Positions 23,440-37,350 of a DNA stretch of 64,000 nucleotides are shown here, piece by piece. Source of the DNA: Lama guanicoe (Eukaryota); the NCBI GenBank assembly GCA_013239625.1, contig MU054212.1, forward strand, positions 3,481,041 through 3,545,040, given 5' to 3'. The notes under the pieces are model-generated. The model was not told the DNA's origin. It did not search any database and was given only the letters and a program-made list of their open reading frames with translations. A program made the position numbers and the translations under genes. Position 1 is the first letter of the stretch. The number at the start of each line of letters is the position of its first letter.

Positions 23440-23670
23440 AGGACCGAGGCAGATCTGAAGTCACACTCCCTTGGATTTATATCTCTTATTCACCATCTAC
23501 TAGCTAGGTAATTTTGGGCAGATACCTTCAATATTTTCTTCTTCAAAATGGGAGAGAAAGTAAAAATTCATTCCAAAACACAGTGTTGTGATGAGGATTT
23601 GATAGGATAATTCTTGTAGAATGCTTAACACAATATCTGTGCACCTGGTAAATAATCAAAGCTAGCTATC
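23440..23670 (+). mobile_element. MIR
   Basis: tactagctaggtaattttgggca...caaaatggga...gttgtgatgaggatt...aatgcttaacaca. Confidence 0.65.
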
Positions 23671-26199
23671 ATCAGCACAATTACTGTAAAATACTATTGT
23701 ACCCATTAGTGCTGTATTTACAGCCTTCCTGCAAAGTACATCTTTGATCACCTTACCTGAGACCTCAGATTCCACATGCAGAATGTCACCTTGGGACTTT
23801 ATACAACTTATTTGTTGCTTATTTTCACCACCATTGCCATTGTAACCATCCCTCCCATTTAATTAAATGGCAAGTCCCTTAAATAGAGAGATCATATCAT
23901 ACCTCTTTACCAATGCAGCCTTAGCACAATGCCTTCCTCCCACAGAAAAGGTGGTATAACCATTTGTTATCAACAATAAGTGTGTGGAGAATCAGATTTT
24001 ATTTTTAACTTATTTTTGGGAAGAAGACCAAAATGAGAAGCAGATGGCAGGTTATCACAAGGAGATGTAAGCAAGATTATGGAGATACTTATCGGGGAAG
24101 TTTAGGGAAAGAAGAGGAGAGATGAGCCTATCTTTGGGCTGGTCTTGATTATCCATAGATGGTAAAAAGAATAATGAATGATAAACACAGATCATAATGC
24201 CCATCTTCACAAAATTCCACTTTATAATTGGATAATCTCATTGCATTCAATTATCAAATACTTTCAAAAAGGATTTGTAACATAATCTAATATATATTTC
24301 AGAAAACAACCCATAAAAGAGATTGATATCCAGCCTGTTGATAACTGTCAGGTGCCTCCCTGATAACACTAAAACAGGATGCCAAGATGTGTTTCATTAC
24401 TTGGGTTATAAAAATGATTTTAATGGATGGTATCCTTAAGGAGTTTATGTCTTAGAGAGATCAAAATTCTCAAGAAAAACTCCAAACTCACCCAGTTTTC
24501 TAGGGAAGCTCTAGGAATGACACGCAGCATATCTGGATTGATAGAGCTACTCAAGAATCAAGTGTTCTCCCAACATGAGAATTTAGAGGTTAACCTTAGT
24601 TCAGTCTATCATGGGTTCAATCTTATGTCATCTCCATTTCTTCTCATTAACATATTTCTTTTGGTATAAAAATAATAATAGCCAAAAAATTAATTCAAAC
24701 GTTTTGTATTATCTACTTAGAAAATAATGCATTTTTCATATCTACAACTACTTGAATGTAACTCTTTTATGGCCCTTGAAATTAAATTAGATAGCCGGCT
24801 CCTTACAACTTTGAATGGATGGCAAAACAGCTATCATATAAATATGGCGACTCTAGGAAAATTAAGTGGTTGTAAATCATGTCTCAGGCCAGTCATTTCA
24901 CAGTCAAGACACACAGCTGATGAAATTAGCAAGCAGGAAACAGTCCTCAGGTGGGCAAGTCCCCTTGATTGTATTCGGCAGCTGTGCTCATCAACCCAGG
25001 GGCCATCCTACCTTACTCATAAATTTCTCTCGGCTGGCTCCTGCCATAGACTCTTGTATCTACTGTCCTGAGATTCTTTGTCCCTTCCAGCTAGTTCCCA
25101 ACTGCTTTTTCAGAAATGGACACTTTTCTCTCCATTGTTCTCCAAAGCACAGTTACTGCAAGCATACAATTAAAAAAAATGTTTTTGTTGTTTCACCTGA
25201 TGATTGAGTTAGCATAAGTGACTTACAACTCAGAAATGGAGCGCTTATGTGAGATATCAGACATCACTGCTCCTGAAATTGAACAGTCATGCCTTCTAAG
25301 TGTCATTCATTTAATTGCAGATTTTAGTTTATCTCTTATAAGTGGAAGCCTTCTGCTCATGATCTCTCTCCCTCAAGTCTAGAAAACCCCTTTGCCCTTT
25401 TCCAACCTAGCTGAAAGAAGGTTAAAACAATTATCATTGTAAAAATCTATGCAGGGACACCCTGATACAATGAAAACAATGATGTACATTTTATGAACCT
25501 TAGCCTTAACATCTACATTTGGATCACCTCCCCTATTTGGGGCTTTCCCAGCAATTTGGGGAGGCAAAAAACCCCAAATGAATGTTTTTACTTTATAAAT
25601 TTATGAATAAATTGAGGGCCTGGCCTCAAGAAGAAATTCTAGCTTCTACTCCGCAATGTAGAAATTAACCCCTCACCTATTAGTGTGCCAGGTGCCATGG
25701 TTCTAAAATCCAGGCTCCAACTCTAGTTGGAAAACAGCATCAGCTTCTGAATAAAAATGCAGCTTGCTCATGCTGTTTAGGAATCTACAGTGCTACTGAC
25801 ATCCAGCATCAACGGACCTTCGCCAAAGAACCAAGGGACCATGGAAGCTGTCTAGTTGGGCCACTCATTTTACTTTGGAACAAATGAAACCTGAGAAGAT
25901 ACCTGAGGTTACTTTACAAGTCAATGGTCCAACCAAAGACAAAGGCTTTGGTTTTAAACCACTGTACATTGATAGCAACACCTAGGGTGATGGTGAGCTC
26001 TGAAGCTTAGATATGGGGGTGGTTATTTAGGAAGTCCATGACCCTAATTCTTTAGGGATTTTTCTAGATCTCTTATCTAAGTGCCTGTGTTGCTTCTAAA
26101 ATGTTTAGAAGCTGTAGTATCCATGTTAGAGCTCTCTTTGACACTAGTGCTCCTTAACAAGTCAAGAAAAATATTTCATTAATGCCTGTGTTCAAAAGT

Positions 26200-27810
26200 C
26201 CTACCCTTTCGTGTAGTCAACTGAATCTTATCTTAGATTTTGGTCAGTGTGCTTCCCTTTACTACAGAATTCCTCAAAACAGCTGCCTATCATCACAGAT
26301 TTCAATTCCTCTGCTCCCATCTGCTCTAAACCCCACTCCAATGAGATTTTCATTCCAATCTTTATTTTAAAGCTCTCTGGCCAAGGTTGCCAATGACTCC
26401 ATGTTACTTATGATTGCTACTTAATCAATCAATGGTTGATCTTTAATCCTCTTCTTTCTTGATTTGTCAGCAGTGTCTGAATAGTTGATCACTCCCTACC
26501 TCTTTCTACACCTGGTTTCTACAACACTCTCCTCGTTTTTGTCCCACCTCACCTTCCACTCCTCCTTACTTTCCTTTACTCATTCTTCCCTCTCCCTGCT
26601 AACCGTCCCCTGCTGGAGTGCTAGAGATCACTTCTTGGGTCTTTTCTACTCCACAGTCTTCACCTTCATGATCTTTCTCAGTTGTATGACTAGATATCTT
26701 CATGATTCCCAAATGAACACACATAGAAGAGAGCTTAGATCTCTTCTCCAATCTCTGGACTTGGATATTCACTTACTTCTGGACATCTCCAATAAATACC
26801 TGGTGGGAATCACACACTTAACATTTTTAAAAGCAAACTCTTATTTCCACCTCCATCCCCTCAGACTTGCTTCTTTGGTGGTTCTCTCCATCTGAGTTAA
26901 TGGCAATCACATAGTTCTAGTTGCTCAGGCCCCAGATTTGGATCGCCCTTGATTTCTTTCTCTTTTGTAGGCAGCACTGAACACATCAGCAAATTTTGAC
27001 TATATTACGTAGTCAATAGTATATACACAATAGTCAGTATTATACCTATTATATTAGATATTCTAAGTATACTGAGACTCTGGCCTCTCCTCAAAGCATC
27101 AACTACTACCACCTTGGTCCTAGCCTGGATTATTGCGGTATCTTCTTAAAAGTTCTCTCTGCTTTTGCCCTTGCCCACCTACCCGCCTCCACGACATATT
27201 TAACATGCAAACCAGAAAGAATCTGATGATATATTCAGATTCTGTCAGTGTTTTGCTCCGGATTCTCCAGGGCTCTCCATCTCAGAGTAAATGTTACACT
27301 CTTAATGACTTGCAGGGCCCTACATGTTCTGCCTACCTCTCCCACCACCTCTCTGAATCTGACTCCTGGCCACCCCCTCATTCATTCTTCTCCATCACAC
27401 TAGCCTTCTTGTAGTTTCAGAATTTTTAGTTTCCTCTGCCTGGACCTCTTTTCCTCAAGATATCTGCCTAATTTCTTCCCTCCTTTTACTCAAACCTTTG
27501 TTCAGTACCTCCGTTTTCAAGGATGCCTTCTCTCATCACCTTATTTTAATTTCTACTTCACCTTACCCTGCTCCCTGCCTTTATGTCACCTCCTGTACCC
27601 CTCCTGTATACCGCTTCCTCCTTGACCATCTTCTAAAGTTCCATGTGATTTTCATGCTTATTGCCTATCTCCTTCCCCACTTAGGAAGTAAGCTGCATGT
27701 AGGCAGAATGTTTTGGGGTTTTTTCAAATCCCTTTTGTTTATTGCAATCTAGGTAGTACTGGGTGTTGAGTTAGTTAGTACTTAATATTTCTGATGAATT
27801 AATGAATGGA
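26200..27810 (+). mobile_element. Long L2 fragment including 3' end
   Basis: Pyrimidine-rich L2 body (gccaaggttgccaatgactcc, gttgatcactccct, gttgctcaggcc, cctggattattgc) ending in gatgaattaatgaatg. Confidence 0.9.
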
Positions 27811-28259
27811 CAGTGATTACTAGTGCAGTAATTAATTTAAATGAGAAAACACAAAACGGAGGCAATCTGAGACCTTGAGTACCCTTGGTTGGTATCTTGA
27901 GTCTAAATGATGTGGGCTTTTTTCTAGGAGGTAGGTGTCATCAGCCTTTGGATACCCAGGGGTCTGAAATCAATTAGATAATGTATCAAACACACGAAAA
28001 TCTGTACTTTTAAGTAGTAGTTTAGAAAATTACACTAAAATGTTAGACTTTTTCAGAGAATTCATAAATAGTGAATGCTTCTGAGGGGATTCTGTGATTA
28101 TAAAATTTCCAAATGCAATTGTGTATTTGGTTAGGAAAACTCATCTGAACTTGACCTTGCAGAAGAGGGCATATTTTAGATCACCTAATAAATAAAATGT
28201 ACCTGCATTTAAACTTTTCCTCCACAGAAATGTTAAAAGGAAAGGTTTCAAAACATAAA

Positions 28260-28640
28260 TCCAGTACCCGAGTGAATTGGCTGCAGTTTTATGATCAATA
28301 ATAAAAGCTGTCGTCTGGTTTGTCAATTATACACAAACTAGAAGGTCTTCACGGAGGTCCCGACACAAAGGACTTCAGTGACTCACAAAGAGCCTACATT
28401 AGAGTATGTGTCAAGGAACAGCTAATTAATAAGTGCCTGACATTAACGTAAATTAATGACATTATGGAATACAGGGACAACCTGCAACTGAGGATTTACA
28501 TAATCACTCATTATAGTCCCCTATTGTCTTTCAGGTCAATAGCGTGCATTTTTAAGACATGCTAATGCATATTTACTCATTAAGCTGCAATGTCTTCTAA
28601 GAGAGAGTGTGGGTCTCTGGTTGAATTAATTCATATTCAA
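28260..28640. promoter_or_regulatory. Candidate enhancer / conserved non-coding element
   Basis: Repeat-free and dense in homeodomain-type sites: ttttatgatcaataataaaa, gctaattaataagtg, tgacattaacgtaaattaatgacatt. Confidence 0.4.
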
Positions 28641-30529
28641 ACATTGAGCAGATAACTGTTTTACAGATTGGAAGTAAAACACATAAATTCAAAGATGTGG
28701 ATGAGATAGAGGTCATTTAGAAAAGTCTTTGTATTTCTTATTTGTCTTGTGGAAATAGCTTGTGATCTACAAAAACATCATCATAATTAGAGGCTCCATT
28801 GAGACAGGGTCGTAGATCTCTATTTGCCTGGGATTACCTGAAAAGACTGTGAAGGGGATCTTTGGCAAGCCTGGAGGGAGGAGGCAAAGGGTGGGAAGCG
28901 GGGAAGAAGAGATACATTTGTTACCTTTTATTTGGTCATAAAAGCACAGCAGAGTCTCAAAGCTGCATGCCAACAGTGATGAGAACAAATTATTCCAGGT
29001 CCTACGGATTCTCTATGACCCTTAAAAGTGAAAAATCACTAAGTGGTAATTATATTTGACACTCTGAAGTAAACAGTCTAATTTTTTTGCTTCTAAATTA
29101 CCACAATCTATCACAAAAATAAATGCAAAATGAGGCTTGCTACTTTGATAAGGCCAATAATATTGACCTATTTGTTTATATAAATCCAATGCTCCCTAAA
29201 CAATGTTCTAGCCAGAGAGACTTACCCCTACTTATTCCAAGAGCAAATTTCCTCTGTGCTACAGTGTGTTTTCATACGTGTCTAGGGGCTAGTCTGATGG
29301 TAAAGTCTTTACAGCCCAGCCTGGAACACGAAAGTTACACGGTGAACAATGCCTCTGGTCATTGCCAAAGTCACCTAGACATGGAAGCTAAACACTGACT
29401 TAGCTCACTGACAATGATAGAGGTCAAACTCCTGCTTTTAAGATGCATGAAAAACTGGGTAGATTTTTTTTCTCTTAAAAGTCAAACGAAATGTTTTCAG
29501 ATTCCCAAATAGCTGTATCTTTTTGGATGAATGGCTTTTCCTGCTTTAGCGAAGTGGCAGAGCTCAATATGGGGGAATTCATCATATCATGGTAGACATG
29601 CTTTTAAAATAGGCTGCAGGGCAATGCTGTCACAGCATTTGGCTGCACCAACACTTCATTTAAGGATCAGCGTTAATCCCTCATTTGCATGGACACTGGC
29701 TTCTCTCCTCGAATGACATTAATAGACATTATAAATCTACTTTTTCCTTGCTAGCACTATGCCAAGATAAAATGCTATGGGAAAGAATTATACGGGAATT
29801 GCTGTGGACAGCCAGCCTATGTGTACAGTCAGCATCATTCAATGTCCCTGCCAGTCAGAATTTGATAACTCAAAGGTGGGATGTAGAATACACAAAAAAT
29901 AATAATAAAAAATTTGCCAAAATTAAGAAAAGGCTGATGCATAAAAACAGACGATCTTAATTGACTGTGGTTGGGAAAGATGGCATCGTAAGGTTTTCAT
30001 ATTACTTGTGGTTCAGAGAAGAATTGAAGGGAGATGATAAAATGGGGTAAAATGTGTAATAATGAATGACATCTAGAAAAAGAGTGTGTGGGGTCAAAAG
30101 CATTAGATAATTTTAATTAGTAAATTCTATAAAGTTGAGGGCTGTGCCCTGGATGAAACTGTGGTAGTAGCCATTTTTAATTCCACTGGAACACACGTGG
30201 AGGACCATATTTCCTTAAGACACAAGTAGAGAAGGGAGAAACAAAGCAGATTTTAGTCCAATCCCCACAGAAACTTTCTATATAGTCATTGAAGTAGGTC
30301 TCTAAAAAACGGAACTTCACATGGAAATCAGCTGGATCCAGATCCACAGTGATATTCACAGCGGCCAGCCTCCGTGCCAGATAGTCCTCTATATGCTTGG
30401 AGTTTGAGGTTAGTTCACTTTTATCACTCTTCCACAGGATATATCTTGCCTGAAGCCTCTTTTTTTTTTCTTTAAGAACTATTCTCAAGTAGATCTAAGG
30501 AGCAGTTTTCAAAATCTTTAGAAGTTTCT

Positions 30530-32480
30530 ACTTCCTGGTTATATGGATTGGTTTGTGGCAGGCCAATGCACACACTGAGAGCAACTAAAAGAAGCTGTAT
30601 AAAACACAAAACTCATCTTTTGAAAGGTGTCAGAGAATGAGGGAGTTAAGATTCCATAGAAAAGAGAACCACCATGAGTAGTGAGCTTTGCCCTGGGGGC
30701 ACGTGCCGTTTCTGAGTGTGGGACAGAGACAGGGTATCTCAGATCTGTCCGGGGACAGAGCAATTGTTGGGGAGAGAGGAACCATGAGGACCTGTGAAGG
30801 GCTTATGGGGCTGGGGTGATAAAACTGGAGAGTTGAGTGGCCTCCAAATTCTGGCAGGTTTCCCCCTTACATCATTTGGGGGAATTCTGAAGGTACACAG
30901 ACTGGTAGAATAAAAAGCTAAGCCACAGACCTCTGAGAAGCAGAAGGAAATTTTCTTACTTTGGTGATATTGAGAAAACAAAGATTAGAGTTCAGAACCC
31001 GTCAGAGGGAAGCACCTCAATAAATGCACTGGGCTCTTATTTGAAAGCCCTGGAGAGCTATGATCTAGGAACAGGGGTGAACAAGAGGTAAATGCATTCT
31101 TACCAAACAACAGACCAACTTAACTGTTCCCTGACTGGATGAAGGTGAGTAGCTCCCTAACCCCACCTGCTGAGAAAGGGAAAATGTTATTCCTCTTCAG
31201 AAAAAGGTAAAATCATTTGTAGCCTCTGTAGTTATTTTATACAAAATGTCTATCATTCCATATTAAAAAAATTCCTAGAAAATGCAAAGAGACAGGACCA
31301 TTTAACCAAGACAAAGAAAAAAACTTCACAAATATCCAGATATTAAAGATAGTAGACAAAGATTTAAAAATAACTATAATTATTATGTTCTAGGAAATAG
31401 AGGAAAAAATGGGAAAATTGATAAAAAGATAACTTTATCAAATTGGAATCTTAAAAATAATCAAGTAGAAATTCCAGGCCTGAAATAAACAATATCTAAA
31501 ATTTATTAGATGAGTTAACAATGGCAAACATAGCAAGAGACAAGATTAGTGAACTGAAAGATGATGTGAAAAATGTATCTTCTACTTAACATTTTGCTAG
31601 AGATACTAATCAGTGCAATAAAGCAAGAAATTAGAATAAAAGGCATAATGATTGAAAAGGAGAACAGAATGCTCATTAACTGCAAATGACCAGACTGTGG
31701 ACCTAGAAAATGCAAAGAGTCTACAACTATTAGAATTTATGTCAATTTAGCAAGGCCACTAGATATGGATACTATAGAAAGTTCAACTGTATTTTTACAT
31801 ATTGGCAATGAACTGATAGAAAATGAAGTTTTCACATTTTTACACAGCACCCAAAACTTCAAATATATAGGAATAAATCAAATGAAAACACAATAATTCA
31901 ACAGAAGTTATAGAGAGATCTTAGAGACCCAAGTAAATGATGAGACATACCATGTTCATGAATTAGATTCATTATTGCAAAGATATATCCCAGGTTGATT
32001 TATGAAGTTAACAAATTATGATCAAATTCCCAGAAGCTTTGTGGTGTGCATGTACACAAATTGACAAGCTGATTTTAAAATCTACAAGGAAATCCAAAGG
32101 CCTAAGAATGGTCCAGGCAATAATGAAAAAGAACAAATCTAGAGGAATTACTTAAACTACCAAGTATCAGATTTTCTACACAACCATAACAATTAAAACA
32201 GTGTGGTATTAGTGCAAGGAGAGACAAATAGATCAATAGGCTAGAAATACACTAGAAAGCCCACATGAATAGGGTTACTTGATTTATTACAATAGTTACA
32301 TTGCAGTACAATGGGGAAAAGATGATCTATTTTCTAAATGGTGCCAATTCAGTTCAATACCCATATATTTTTTAAAATTAATTTCTACTTTCTATCTCGT
32401 AACACACTCAGAAATCAATTTTAGATTGATTGAAAGTCTAAATGAATAAATAATAAGGCTTCAAAGATCACATGTGAAAA
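30530..32480 (+). mobile_element. Old L1 (L1ME-like): 5' region plus deleted ORF1/ORF2 remnants
   Basis: atatccagatattaaagatagtagacaaagatttaaaaataactataatt (ORF1 region). atttagcaagg, acaagctgattttaaaat and aaaacagtgtggtattagtgcaagg (ORF2 C-terminus). Confidence 0.85.
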
Positions 32481-32829
32481 TACCTTCAGACTTTTGGCTC
32501 TGAGCTGACCTGGAGAGATTGAGATTATCAGCAGAATCTGGGTAGAGGAGAGCTGGCTGGCTGGTCCAGGCTCGTGAGGTCCCAGGCAGTCTCAGTGTGC
32601 CTTCTGGACTAAAATGTGGGTGTGCCTGGGAGCTGGGGCAGAGAGAGTACCCAGATCCCAGATGCAAGGAGGTCCTGGTGATATAGGAAATAATGAAATT
32701 CACCATAAAATTCAGGCCCATGTGGCAAATCAAAATCTGAGATTCAGACCAGCACACGCCCTCACCATCCCAAGTTTGCAACTTTCAGTCAACTTGGAAG
32801 TAATAATAAAAACAATAATTTTTAAAAAA

Positions 32830-33080
32830 AACAGCTAGCATTATTAAAGGGCTTATTCTGAATTAGTCCCATTATGTGTGTTTCATGTTTTAATTCACTT
32901 GATCTCCACAAAACTCTAAATGGATTTATTGCTATTAAACCCACTTTGCAGATGAATATCTTGAGGCACAAAAAAGGTGAAATAACTTGCCCAAGTTCTT
33001 AGAAATAATTACTGGTGGAGCCAGGGTTGAAACCCAGGCAGTTTAGTTCCCAGGAGAACAGCTTTCATTGCTTCAGAAGG
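32830..33080 (-). mobile_element. MIR
   Basis: cccactttgcagatgaatatcttgaggcaca...aacttgcccaag...ggagccagggttgaaacccaggcag. Confidence 0.8.
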
Positions 33081-34129
33081 ACCAATCCTGAAGTATAAAC
33101 CCAGATAGCAATTTCTACTACTTGGAGGGAACAGGAACTCAATGTTCTTGAATTCAACACTGAGTATTTGAACAGTGAATAAATCTACACTGTGTTTCTT
33201 ACATGTCTGAGTTTGTGAACTAAAGTCTGAACTCATCATTTTACATGCAAAAGTAGAGAAAATACTTCAAAAAGTGCATATATTGTATGCTAGACAGCTT
33301 TGCACACTCAATCTTGAAACGGAGGTAATTTTAGCTTAATTTTATGAATGAAGAAATTAGACCTTTATAGAGATTAATGGAGAGAGTTTCTGTATATATA
33401 AAATAGCAGAAGTGAGATTAAATTTGGGGATTCTTCATCTCTGGTTCATTGTTCCTTTTGCAACGGCTGGTCCCAACCCATTCTGAAAACAAGCTCAATG
33501 AAAACTGAATGTAAATTAATTAGTAGATAACAAAAATTTTACACTCAAGTCTCTTTTGGTTCCCAGTTATAGGTGATTAGGAAAAAAAAACTTATTAGTG
33601 AATGATTACCTAATTGTTTTCTAAATTAGAGGTATATGTGACTTAGGTAAGGAAAAAATAATCAGATATGATGATCTGTGGTTTCTAACCCACCTTCTGG
33701 GTAGAATGGTGATGCTTAGAGATTTTCTTTCACCCAAGATCTCAATATTTTGTCAGCTTCCCAAAGCTGCCATCATTTTAAACCATGCGTTTCTGGAGAA
33801 GAATGATTCTTCCACAGTAATAACTACCTTAGGTCATGAAAGAGGAGAAGGAGAAGGAGAAAAGCAGAGAGTGGATGCCACCAGGAGAAAAAAGGCAGCT
33901 TCTGTGACCTTAATTTATTCTATTTCTGGGCACCACATTTTTTCGCTCCAGCAGCAGGTAAGGGAACATTTTCCCAGCCAGATCAGTTTTCTTCCTCTAG
34001 AAACTTTAGTGTCAGGTTTGGGCTTCAAATTAAGTCCTGAACCTTCATAGATTGACAGAACTTTCTGACATGAGGGGTATGGAGGTTTCCAATGTTAAAG
34101 ATGATGTCATGTTACTTACAATCTTTGAT

Positions 34130-34295
34130 CTTTGTCTCATTTAATTTCTACAATAAACCAACAGGGAGGCTTCCTTTCCAATTTACAGAGGATAAAACCA
34201 AGGCTCAGAGAGATGGGGTTACCACACCAAGGTCACATATTTAGGGCTGAGATCTGAACCTGAGTGTTCACTGACTTCAAAACTCATGCTCTAGG
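34130..34295 (-). mobile_element. MIR
   Basis: tttacagaggataaaaccaaggctcagagag...ccaaggtcaca. Confidence 0.75.
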
Positions 34296-34770
34296 CTTTG
34301 GGGGAAATCTCCCCTCAGTTTTCACAGAAGAACAAATGGGTATTTATCGTATTGATATACTGTGTTTTTTTTTTAAAGACTTAGAGAACACCAACCTCAA
34401 TTAGCAATTTGAAGCTCTTAACTTGATGAATGATGGGTGATGATAAGAATATGAATTGTACATCACCTTTCATCATTTCCTAAAGAGTAGAACAGCTCAT
34501 TCATTATCTTGGTCCTTTTAGCACCCTTTGGATATCTCAAAGGCACACTGCTTCTAGGATGAACCATGTTTAAATTAACAGAATCCAAAGTCACCTAACA
34601 GGGCTCCACAGTGGGAGAATGTGTTTCACTCTAAGATGACTAGAAATCTTAGATCTCAAGCAAACTGAATTTACTAAATCTTAGTCAATATTTTACAGTT
34701 CAGATGAAACACTCATTTCCCCTACTTATTTAAGGGCATTAATTACTCTGAGAATTCAGGTTTATGCTAG

Positions 34771-35361
34771 TGTATTAGCTACCAACTGCTGCTAAAACAA
34801 GTGACCCTAAACTCTGTTGCTTAAAGAAACACAAATTTATTATTTTACAGCTCCAAAACTGAAATGGGTTTCACTGGGCTGAAAACAAGGTGTAGGTGGG
34901 GCTGTGCTCCCTCAAGAGGCTCCGGAGTGCTAAAAAAAATTCAACTTTGTAAATTTTAAAGATTTTATTGGCTTTATTCAAGGACTCATGAATCTGGCAG
35001 CATCCAATCTAGCAGATAGAAGCTCCGAGGAGCTGTACAAAATGAAAGATTTTACAGGCAGAAGGAAGCAGGAACAAGGTGACACTTGGCATAAAAAGTA
35101 AGTTGATTATCGTAAGTTTACTTTTATTTACCGGTCTATCAGGCAGGTTACCTAACTAATGATGATCTGGTGATTCCTGATTGGCTGGCTTAAGATTCCA
35201 TTTCTAGGAGAGCTGAGACTGTAATTAAGTCTTGGTTGGGTGACATGAGGCTTAGCATAAACAACTCGTCCTTTCTGCTATATAAAGTATCATTCACAGG
35301 TTCCGGGATTAGGACATGGACATCATGGTGTGATGCACAGGGGTTGTTATTCAACCTACCA
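34771..35361 (-). mobile_element. MLT1 (MaLR) LTR, split by a younger LTR
   Basis: tgtattagct...aaagaaacacaaatttattattttacagct (34771-34925) and cattcacaggttccgggattaggacatggacatc...ttattcaacctaccaca (35275-35361). Confidence 0.8.
34927..35270 (-). mobile_element. ERV1-type solo LTR fragment nested in the MLT1
   Basis: ttttattggctttattc (polyA signals on the minus strand), ggcagcatccaatctagcagatagaag, gattggctgg, aggcttagcataa. Subfamily not determined. Confidence 0.6.
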
Positions 35362-35999
35362 CAGCCAGACAATATTTTTCTATTCTACATTGTAAGACAG
35401 TGGAAAAGAGATTTTAGAAAGTATTTTTGATGCCGAACTATTTGTAAACATTTTAGGAGTGTTTCATTTTTCAACCAGGCTAATTGTAAATAGTCATTAT
35501 TATACAATAAGTATTTTTTTTGGAAAAACTAATAATAAATAAGAGCAACAGTAATGAATTAAACTCCACTTCCATGAGAACTGCACAGTAATTATCCTCC
35601 AAAGATGTATTGCTATTTACCTCATTGGTGAAGTCAATAGGAGTCTCACTCTCAAATAATAAAAATAAAAGTAAAAACATTTAATATCAGCCACTTGGGA
35701 TTCAGAGGGTTTTGGTTTACAGTTTTTAAAAGCTTTTCGCAAAACCAGGAAGTAGCAATAATATTTGAATCAATGTCATTCAGATGTCTTTGCAAGGCAA
35801 ACAGAGCTCTATCAATTGAACAACCAAACCCCTGTTCAAATTAATCAGTAGGAACTTGATAAATTCCACTGATGTAGAAAATTAGCACTTTGCATGTTTC
35901 CCAGATTTTGATTTCATTTGGGCGTCTGGTCATGAATTATAACCACTCTTCTTGGACTCGAGCTATTTCACTTGAAATCCATTATTTCTAGCAGAATTA

Positions 36000-36340
36000 T
36001 GATCTTGTTAGGGAAATGCCAGCTTTTTCCATTTTGAGCATCTGCAGTGCAGTTCTATTATTAACATGGAGCTCATTTTAAAAAGAGGAAGAATTAGATT
36101 TGTGTCTTTGGGGCAGTGGGGGAGGGTGGGTGGTAGTGACTGGCGCTTTAGTGAAGCAAACAAGCACACGGGGCTGCTTCCAATTGACACAGCTGTCATG
36201 TAAATATCTGTCCCTGCTGTATAGCTGAGGGATCCTGGGCTTAAAGACCTTGTAGCCATATGTAAACAATGCAGGGCTGATGACAGGTTTACAGCACTGG
36301 AGACAACGTGTGCAGCTGTTTCATCCTCCTTCCTATAGTG
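36000..36340. promoter_or_regulatory. Candidate enhancer with MEIS/E-box/FOX/SOX motif cluster
   Basis: tgacacagctgtca (36185-36198), gtaaata (36200), tgtaaacaat (36261) and tgacaggtttac (36281), in repeat-free sequence. Confidence 0.45.
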
Positions 36341-37109
36341 AGAGACAAATGTTCAGGGGACAGATCACAGATGCTTAGAACACGGTTCTAGAAGCTTACG
36401 GGGTTGCTTTTGTGATGTGCTTCGCTCACTGCCTTCGGGTCAGGCCCTGCAGCCCGTGGTGTGAACACTTCCGGGCAGGTTCCCTGCTGGATCCCTCTCT
36501 CCTTCTCTCTTCCTCTCCTCCAGCTTCAGCCCACTGTTTCCCTTGAGGGGCAGTTAGCAGAGTAGCTCAATGCCCAGCCCCCGCCCCAGCATGCTGCATT
36601 GTTCAGAGGGCTCCCCAGATCAAAAGATCTAAGAGGCTAATGCCCAGATAAATCCTTTACTCTGTCCCCTGATTATTGCTCTTCCCTTCACAGCAATCTT
36701 TCCAGGATTCAGCCCACGCTCATTAGAAAGAATCAAGTAGGAAACAAAGTATTATTTCAGCCAAGGTTCACTTAGTAACAGTGAAAGCTCCTGCAGATGT
36801 GACCTGGGAAACAATTACTATGCAGATGTCAATCTGGAAGAAAAAATTTCGCTTTCTCTTTCAGCTCTTGGAATTAAAACTGAGGTGACTATGCATATGT
36901 TTCAGGCCAAAAAACCTCTCTTTTTGACTTCTGGATACTTATCTGAATTCTCCTGATAAGCGTAGTGTTTCACAATCTGAATTACCCAGAGCCCAAAACT
37001 GTTTTATGTTTTCTTGTCACGTTATGTGTTTATGGACACAAGGCTGATTTTTCAAACTTTTTTTCCTGCTTATTTGAACCACTTCCTTCAGAAGCAGCAT
37101 GTAACACAT

Positions 37110-37350
37110 TTAGATTTTTCAGCTCTACTATTAGACTGTATCATTTTAAATCCAGGCATAACCATTTATTAAATCTGTGGTTCTGGACAAGTTTCTTAAG
37201 CTATGTAAGTTTAAAATTCCTTATTGTAAAATGGACATAGTAATAGTGCTTATCTCTTTGGGTTGTTTTGAGGCTTAGCTAGCCAATCCATACCAAGTCT
37301 TTAGTTTAATTTCTGGCCCATGAGAAGCATCCATTAAATATGCGCCATGA
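37110..37350 (+). mobile_element. MIR
   Basis: ggacaagtttcttaagct...ttccttattgtaaaatggacatagtaatagtg...gggttgttttgagg. Confidence 0.75.

Noticed and set aside
26485..27752. Hydrophobic Leu/Ser-rich ORFs resembling membrane proteins
   Set aside because: Compositional artefact of pyrimidine-rich L2 sequence.
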